DNA of 64,000 nt from contig NC_000964.3 of NCBI RefSeq assembly GCF_000009045.1, forward strand, positions 992,001-1,056,000, in the 5' to 3' direction. The stretch's first letter is position 1; every line of letters begins with the position of its first letter. Positions 63,143-64,000 of this stretch are shown piece by piece. The notes under the pieces were generated by a model. That model was given only the letters and a program-made list of their open reading frames with translations, was not told where the DNA came from and did no database searches. The position numbers and the translations under genes are program-made. This DNA is from Bacillus subtilis subsp. subtilis str. 168. GTDB lineage: Bacteria > Bacillota > Bacilli > Bacillales > Bacillaceae.

Positions 63143-64000
63143 TCAGCAAACTTGGAAATCCAATGAATCTTTTACCTCTCCATTGATGATGACTGATAAT
63201 GTATGAATTCCTTTGTAATGCTTTCTGGTGGTTAAATCCTTAAAGGATTGGATTCTTGTGTATGACTTCGTTTCGTTTTTTCGTATATTTGTTTCTGTTA
63301 TTTTAAATACTTTCTGATGACGCTGGCCTCTTGCTTTTACAAAATCAATTGCGTACTCAATTCTTACTTTTTGATCCCTGTCTGAATGAATATAGAAAGA
63401 AAATTCAAGGCTTTCGCCAATAACTATACGTTTGGGCTGGCATGTTAAATCATGTAGTTGTATCGAATCAGCATTTTCATAACCAAAAAGCGCTAAGGCC
63501 TGTTTATCACCCTTTTTTAATAAGGTCCGATAGGCGTGTTTGATAATCCAGTCTGTATGGGGATGTGTTCCGTACCATTGATCTGCGACTTTTCTCAGTA
63601 AATGAGGATGCGTTTTTGATATATCATTAAGGTTGTTGGCCACGCTTTTTCTTACATATAAAGACTCGTCCTGCATCAGCTTCTCAAGGATCGGCAATAC
63701 GGGGGAAGGGTCCGATTTCAAAGCCGGTATCGATTTTCCCCATGGCAGGCGGGGCCTGCTGCCTTCGCTCGCAAGTCTTCTCACGTGTTCATTTTTATGC
63801 TCAGACCATGCAAGCAATTGTGCAATCATCTTTTCTTGATCTAACAGCAAAAAAGGCCTTACAGCAAATTCTGAGGTCGAATATTGCGTAAAGGATTCCA
63901 ATGCCTTTATTGATTCTTCCCAATGCGCTAACCCGTACTGTTCCACATAATCTGGAAATAAAATTCCGCTGAGTCCTTTAAAATGAGGGGCTGTATCCCG
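63143..64000 (-). CDS. yhaZ: HEAT-repeat DNA alkylation repair-like protein, 5' part outside window
   Basis: Frame is open to the window end; HVRRLASEGSRPRLPW and YVRKSVANNLNDISK motifs. Confidence 0.88.
   Translation of the reverse strand, partial: RDTAPHFKGLSGILFPDYVEQYGLAHWEESIKALESFTQYSTSEFAVRPFLLLDQEKMIAQLLAWSEHKNEHVRRLASEGSRPRLPWGKSIPALKSDPSPVLPILEKLMQDESLYVRKSVANNLNDISKTHPHLLRKVADQWYGTHPHTDWIIKHAYRTLLKKGDKQALALFGYENADSIQLHDLTCQPKRIVIGESLEFSFYIHSDRDQKVRIEYAIDFVKARGQRHQKVFKITETNIRKNETKSYTRIQSFKDLTTRKHYKGIHTLSVIINGEVKDSLDFQVC

Overview
Unbroken core chromosome of Bacillus subtilis (168-like), recognised from gene content and order: yhcR (5'-truncated) - yhcS..yhcX - yhxA - glpPFKD - pgcA - yhcYZ-yhdA - lytF - nsrR - ygxB - spoVR - phoA - lytE - citR/citA - yhdF - bcaP - yhdHIJ - sigM-yhdLK - yhdN - plsC - yhdQP - yhdR - yhdT - crcB pair - yhdW/X/Y/Z - yheN - dat - nhaC - nhaX - bmrBCD - yheG/F - sspB - yheE/D/C/B/A - yhaZ (5'-truncated). 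I see no prophage, IS element, CRISPR array, rRNA or canonical tRNA. The unusual signals are in non-coding DNA. (1) A 72-nt tRNA-shaped element in the sspB leader, with a 7-bp acceptor stem, discriminator, CCA and a canonical-length T-arm (58261-58332, minus strand). (2) A shared 'perfect SD - hairpin - TAA - start' architecture upstream of both CNNM/CorC paralogues yhdP and yhdT. (3) An apparent 1-nt frameshift at the best-supported start of the MerR gene yhdQ. (4) A strong-SD 23-codon uORF in the bmrCD attenuator. (5) An AirS-like Fe-S cysteine motif in YhcY. All structures and motifs were read by eye; no folding or database search was run, so novelty is unverified.
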